From NCBI RefSeq assembly GCF_009834535.1, contig NC_045716.1, positions 22,816,001-22,880,000 of the forward strand: a DNA stretch of 64,000 bases, written 5' to 3'. This document shows, piece after piece, positions 59,601 to 64,000 of the stretch (position 1 is the stretch's first letter; each line of letters starts with the position of its first letter). Origin of the DNA: Camelus ferus. Taxonomy: Eukaryota. Below the pieces are notes generated by a model. It saw nothing but the letters and a program-made list of their open reading frames with translations. It made no database searches and was not told where the DNA came from. The position numbers and the translations under genes were made by a program.

Positions 59601-59831
59601 GGGGGCTGAGGAGTTTAGAGACCTGGGGCCAGGTGTGGGAGGCTGGACTCCTAATATACTAACTTACCCCCACCCTCTTCCCTAGTGGCCTTCGACAAGA
59701 AGTACAAGTCCGCCTTTAACAAGCTGGCCAGCAGCATGGGCAAGGAGGAGCTGAGGCAGCGGCGGGCACAGATGCCCACCCCAAAGGCCATTGATTGCCG
59801 AAAATATTTTGGAGCACCTCTGGAATGCTAG
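47695..59831 (+). CDS. DENND4B: DENN domain-containing protein 4B (Rab GEF; MABP/uDENN-DENN-dDENN, PPR-like repeats)
   Basis: Exons 47695-(ends in gap 47882-48029), 48600-48852, 49105-49174, [gap 49339-49558], 49604-49848, 50237-50303, 50401-50459, 50626-50770, 51030-51205, 51358-51455, 51849-52064, 52608-52753, 53775-53914, 54005-54131, 54537-54743, 55090-55218, 56023-56215, 56454-56621, 56877-57265, 57429-57551, 57750-57919, 58002-58137, 58320-58556, 59071-59188, 59280-59445, 59521-59585, 59686-59831. Phases are consistent. [18 protein letters not shown]...[14 protein letters not shown]...[12 protein letters not shown]. Confidence 0.96.
47882..48029. other. N-gap (148 nt) covering the 3' part of the first main DENND4B coding exon
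   Basis: The ORF runs into N at ...GEEVP. Confidence 0.9.
48195..48390 (+). mobile_element. MIR SINE
   Basis: CTAGCTCTGACCTTGGGCAGG...GTTTCCTCATCTGTAAATTGGGGGAAATAATACCTCCTCATAGGG...CTTAGCACAG. Confidence 0.75.
49339..49558. other. N-gap (220 nt) covering a DENND4B exon (uDENN region)
   Basis: Flanking exons end in phase 1 (49174) and restart in phase 0 (49604), which requires a missing exon. Confidence 0.88.
53070..53574 (-). mobile_element. L1 3'-end fragment with AT-rich expansion; continues into N-gap
   Basis: TTTTTTAAGTTGAAGTATAGTTGATTTACAAT...ATAGTTCCCTGTGCTATAC...GTAGTTTGTATCTGCTAATCCCAAAC, same family as the element at 3675. Confidence 0.85.
53575..53724. other. N-gap (150 nt) inside intronic L1
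   Basis: Run of N directly continuing the L1 3'UTR sequence. Confidence 0.85.
54170..54290 (+). mobile_element. MIR fragment
   Basis: CAGTTTCTTCATCTGTAAAATGG...CATGCTTGGCACATA. Confidence 0.6.
55490..55720 (-). mobile_element. MIR SINE
   Basis: TATGCCAGGCACTGTTC...CATCTTACAGATGAGGTGATGAGGTTACAGAGAGTTAGTAACTTGTCTGAGGTCCCACAG. Confidence 0.7.
58650..58930. mobile_element. MIR fragment (+) followed by L2 3' end (-)
   Basis: TTTTCTCATCTGTAAAAAGG...TAGTGCCCGG, then CATTGCACCAATATTTATTGAGCACCTTTTAGGTTCTAGGC. Confidence 0.6.
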
Positions 59832-60620
59832 GGACCCTTAAGCTTCCTTATCCAGCCTGGAGTGAGGAGGTGAGGGAGAAAGGATTCTAGAGATAAACTG
59901 CTTCCCTGTTCCTTTTATAGAGGAATTGGGAACAGGCTGGGAAGCATGCCCAGCCATAAGCTCTGAGCAGGGGCAGCAGGAAGAGGGACCCACTGTTACC
60001 AAAAGTCACAAAACCCCTATTTCCAATCTGCCCAACATGCTCATGCTGATGTTGGAGGAGGCCTGGGGGCTGGGGTGGGGGGAGCTGGCACATCTCTGTA
60101 CCTCCCCATCCTATACCAGGAATTCCCCTCCAGGGTACCCACAGATCTGCAGTGCCCTGGTCATTTTTATAAGTTTTTGTTTTAAAAAACAACTGGCAAG
60201 ATATAGAGCTACTGAGCCTTTGCCCTGAATGGGAGGGAGGGATGTCATTCCCCATCAGTGATGGTCCCTCTTCCCTAGAGTTGTCGAAGGAGCCCAAGGC
60301 TCTCCATGCCTTTCTACCTTAAGTGTTTGTATTTTATTTTAAGTTATTTATTCTGGAGCCACAGCCCCCTTGCTTATGGGGTTCTCATGGATGGTGAGAA
60401 AGAGAAGGGAAATGGGGGCACCATGGTCCAGTGGTTTGGAGCTCCTTGAAATTCGGGAGATGGGAGCTAGAGGAGTCCCAGGCTCCCCTTAGGGAGAATT
60501 GGTGCCCCCTCTAGTTCTGATCCTTCTTGTCCACTCCACTTTGGGGAATGCCTCACCCACCCAGGGCCCTGACTGTGCAATAAGGATTGTTCCTTGCGAA
60601 GTTTTGTTGGATGTAAATAT

Positions 60621-60626
60621 AGTAAA
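60621..60626 (+). terminator. DENND4B probable poly(A) signal (variant AGTAAA)
   Basis: AGTAAA followed by a T-rich tract; no AATAAA between the stop and 61270. Confidence 0.5.
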
Positions 60627-61554
60627 AGCTGCTTCTGTCTTTTTTCTTCTGCCTCCTGTTCCCTGGGTCTGGGGTAATGGCGGGGGATACCTCTCTTTTT
60701 CTCTTGGCTGCACATCCTCCTTTCCACCTTTCCATCCCTTGCTGCCTTCAGGCACACACTGCTTTCCCTGACCAGGTCTAGTACTGGTCCCTTGGGGCAT
60801 AGGGAGTTCTCAGGGCAGGAGAGGGGTGAATCCAGTACTAGCTATGGTGGTGCCAGTCTGTGTGGCACTTCCGGCCCTCCCACACAATCACCCCCTTGTC
60901 CCTCATCTGTACCCCACACAAAGGCTCCATTCTCTGGGGGCCCTGAGCTCATCTCTGCCTTCTTTCCTCTCCCCCAGCTCCCCCCTCCCAGCTTCTCTAG
61001 TACCTCCACAGGGATGACAGCCCTCTCCCCGGTCATTGGTATTGGCAGCCCTCATGCATCCTGGAAGTCCTGGCACTCATCCTAGGCCTCCTTAGTTGCT
61101 CTAGCTGCGGGCAATACTCTTCCAGCCAGGGTCTCAGCCTAGGGACAGCACCAGGAGGACAGAGGCAAGGATTAAGGGGCTCACTGCATGTGGGCATCAT
61201 GGAGCCAGGCATCATTTTTCTAATCCTTTTGGCCCACTCCGAGTTCTCCCTTTCTTTCCTGTATAATGAAATAAACACAGGAAACAACTCCTAACAGAGC
61301 TGCAAAACCAATTACCAAAGGGAATTAGCCAACCAAAGAGAAATGCCTTGGGGAAGGAGGGAGGGCAGCAGTGTTAATGGAGGAAATAACTTACATGAGC
61401 CCCAGTGCAGATTCCTAGGGGTGATCAGGGGATGAAGAGAGCAGTACTGCTTCTGAATTCTGGGAACTTCAAGCCAGAGGATGCTTCCCCATCCTATCTT
61501 GAGCTGCACAGGAGGGAAGCAGGAACTTAGAAAATGCCATCTGTTTTGTTTTGT

Positions 61555-61745
61555 TTGTTTTAATTTTTTTTTTTTTGAACTTCAGTGCTGTGTTTCAGGT
61601 GCATAGCAAAGTGCACACACACACACACACACACACATACACAAATGCAGTCTTTTTCAGATTCTTTTTCCTTTTAGGTTATTGCAAGATATTGACTATA
61701 GTTCCCTGTAGGTAACATGCAGTAGGTCCTTGTTGTTTATCAAAT
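61555..61745 (-). mobile_element. L1 3'-end fragment with (CA)n
   Basis: TTTTTTGAACTTCAGTGCTGTGTTTCAGGTGCATAGCAAAGTG(CA)n...ATATTGACTATAGTTCCCTGT...GTAGGTCCTTGTTGTTTATC. Confidence 0.75.
61612..61642. repeat. (CA)n microsatellite
   Basis: TGCACACACACACACACACACACACATACAC. Confidence 0.9.
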
Positions 61746-62289
61746 GCCATCTGTTTTTGCTAGGGACTAGGAGATGCCTTCTTCAGAAGGAAACCCTCAT
61801 GTTACCCCAGGTTCTGATCAGACCCACTCCCTAGAACCAGACTTTCCCTGTATCATCCCCAAGGGCCATCTGCAAGGGAGCAACTGCCTTCCTGAAATCA
61901 TAAGTTTCTATTGAGTGTAGTATGCCCAGCCACGTACTGAACTGTCTGGAATTACAGAGAGAATTTTAGGGCTGTCCCTACCTTAATAGAGCATACAATC
62001 TTATTGGTCTAGAGTATCCCTCAGTTCACAAACAATAATCAACCTTACCTCCCAGCTGATGCTTCACATTTTGGGGCTTCCTCAAGAGGCCTGTATAGTC
62101 TGATGGGTGGAACTACTAAATTCTTTAACCACAGAAGTATCTGGGAATTCCAATAGCAAAGTACTCATATGGCATCTGACATCTCCGTCCTTGGCCTAGG
62201 GAGCTGTATGGGGGAAAGGATATGTCCAAATTACCTGGCCCAATTTATCTTCCTAGACTTCAGAGTGTACATGGTTTGAATATGACAAA

Positions 62290-62450
62290 TTTTAGTTAAA
62301 TCTTGTTTCTGGCATTTACTAATTTTATTATATCAGACAAGTTAAATGCTGTGCCTCAGTTTTTCCTCATCTGCAAACTGGGGAGGTTGTTTAAAGATAA
62401 ATTATATAATCCACATAAAGTGCTAAGCACACTAAATAAATGTTAGCCCC
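62290..62450 (+). mobile_element. MIR SINE
   Basis: GTGCCTCAGTTTTTCCTCATCTGCAAACTGGGG...GTGCTAAGCACACTAAATAAATGTTAGC. Confidence 0.7.
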
Positions 62451-63039
62451 AAAAAGAAAATGAACAAACAGGCAGAGCCTGCATGGGGCAAAGGTCATGT
62501 CCATTACACCAGTGGCCTCACTTAGTTGTCTTCCTTGGAGCTTAATCATTCCAGATTGAAAGTCCCCCCTCCATGGCCTGACTTTAAGTTTGTTGAAAGC
62601 CATTTCCTCAGTCCTCACTAGTATCTTCCTCAGGCTGGTATCTTCCACCACTGTGTTTCTCACATATCCTTGCAACCCTTGAAGAATGGCCCTTCAGACG
62701 CAGAGAATGCATTGGACTGATAACAGACAAAACAGCACGTTTGGGAAAGAGGGCTGTACCTTCCATGAGGGCAGTGATTTTGTCCCATTTATTGCTATAT
62801 CCCCAGCACACAGAAGAGTGTCTGATCACATAATAGGTCTTATATCATGTATGGGAAATAACTGAGTCAGCGAAGGCATTAAATTGAAGGGTTAGTAGAG
62901 AAATAATTTTCAGTGCAGTACAAGGTAGGTACTACAGGTAGAATAACAACTGAAGCTGAATTTTGAACTTAAGAGGGTGAAATTTTGGAAAAGTGAGGAA
63001 AACTCTCAAAATAGTTGCTATTATGTTCGCTGAGTACTT

Positions 63040-63250
63040 ACTGTACCCTTAGCACTGTCCTGAGCATTTTCAATGTGTTATTTTATCATCCTCACAATTA
63101 CCCTATGAACTAGGTACTTACCAATCCTCCCCATTTTAAAGATAAGGAAACTAGGACATAGAGAAGAGAGGTTAAGTAACTTGCACCCAGATCACACAAC
63201 TGGTAAGAGATCCAAACCCAGGCAGTCTGACTCCATATACCATGTTCTTT
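63040..63250 (-). mobile_element. MIR SINE
   Basis: ATCCTCACAATTACCCTATG...CCCATTTTAAAGATAAGGAAACTAGG...GGTTAAGTAACTTGCACCCAGATCACACA. Confidence 0.75.
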
Positions 63251-63379
63251 ACCAGGACATTATACTTGAATGAGGTTTTTTTTACCCACTTAAGAACTGT
63301 GGCATGTCTCTGTATGTTGTGTGTGTTCCAGGTCTACCTGTGTCTTTTTGTGGCTATGCCCTTCATTAGTTTCTTCTTT

Positions 63380-63575
63380 CTTTTTTTTTAAATTGAAGTA
63401 GAGTTGATTTACAATGTTATGTTAGTTTCTGGTGTACAGCATAGTGACTCAGTTATATATATTCTTTTTTATTTTCTTTTTCATTATAGGTTATTACAAG
63501 CTATTGAATACAGTTCCCTGTGCTATAAAGTAGGACTTAGTTGTTTCTCTACTTTGTATATTGTAGTTTGTATTA
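63380..63575 (-). mobile_element. L1 3'-end fragment
   Basis: TTTTTTAAATTGAAGTAGAGTTGATTTACAATGTTATGTTAGTTTCTGGTGTACAGCATAGTGACTCAG...CAGTTCCCTGTGCTATA. Confidence 0.8.
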
Positions 63576-63659
63576 GTTTCATTTCCATTGCACAGCATGA
63601 CTTCTAAGTGATTCAGAAAGCACATTCTAGTGCCTCCTGGAACCAGTTATTTCTGGGTT

Positions 63660-63910
63660 TAAACCACTGCTTAGTCACTAATGAGCTGTCTGACCTTTGC
63701 AAGTCACTTAGCCTCTCTGAGACCCTTTCTTGATCTACCTCGGTTCAAATTGCAGCTCTGCCAATTATGTGTAACTTTGGGTAAATCATTTGATCAGTAC
63801 CTCATTTTCCTCATCTGTAAAATGGAGATAACAGTATTACAGAGTTACGAGGAATAAATAATCCACGTAAACCTCTTAAACGAATAAATAAGACTGCACA
63901 CATAGCACAG
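63660..63910 (+). mobile_element. MIR SINE fragments
   Basis: TGACCTTTGCAAGTCACTTAGCCTCTCTGAG and GGTTCAAATTGCAGCTCTGCC...TTTTCCTCATCTGTAAAATGGAGATAA. Confidence 0.7.
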
Positions 63911-64000
63911 TGCCTTACAGTCTTTCCCCAACACACTGACTCTGTGATACTCGGTCCCTATCGTCAAGATGTTCAAGAGCAATACTTGTGGTTAGTTGCT

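Noticed and set aside
13240-59831. Functional operon-like clustering (RAB13 with Rab GEF DENND4B; CREB3L4 with CRTC2)
   Set aside because: The order is the known conserved 1q21.3 synteny. DENND4 proteins are reported to act on Rab10, and CRTC2 mainly on CREB1/ATF1. The sequence gives no evidence of shared regulation.

Overview
Mammalian genomic DNA, probably a camelid, judged from a Vic-type tRNA-derived SINE and artiodactyl-type L1 3' ends. The window is syntenic with human 1q21.3 in reverse orientation. Gene order: 3' end of NUP210L (+, last 6 exons), RPS27 (-), RAB13 (+), JTB (+), CREB3L4 (-), SLC39A1/ZIP1 (+), CRTC2 (+), DENND4B (+), then intergenic repeats. I traced the coding exons by hand from splice sites and reading phase and compared them with the human proteins as I remember them; no database search was run. 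The visible frames are intact. Five N-gaps hide RAB13 coding exon 1, CRTC2 exon 3, the end of the first main DENND4B coding exon, DENND4B exon 5, and part of an intronic L1. I found no convincing new gene system. The best signals are at the RNA and regulatory level: a minor-spliceosome (U12, probably AT-AC) intron in CRTC2; a GA-rich RAB13 3'UTR localisation element; an extra ATG-bearing DENND4B exon giving an in-frame 11-aa extension, with a perfect RFX X-box downstream of it; stop-free in-frame introns, one splitting the CREB3L4 bZIP; candidate bidirectional promoters (CREB3L4/SLC39A1 and RPS27/RAB13); overlapping JTB/CREB3L4 3' ends; miR-96 sites in SLC39A1; and an unexplained GC-rich block with antisense splice donors in a NUP210L intron.
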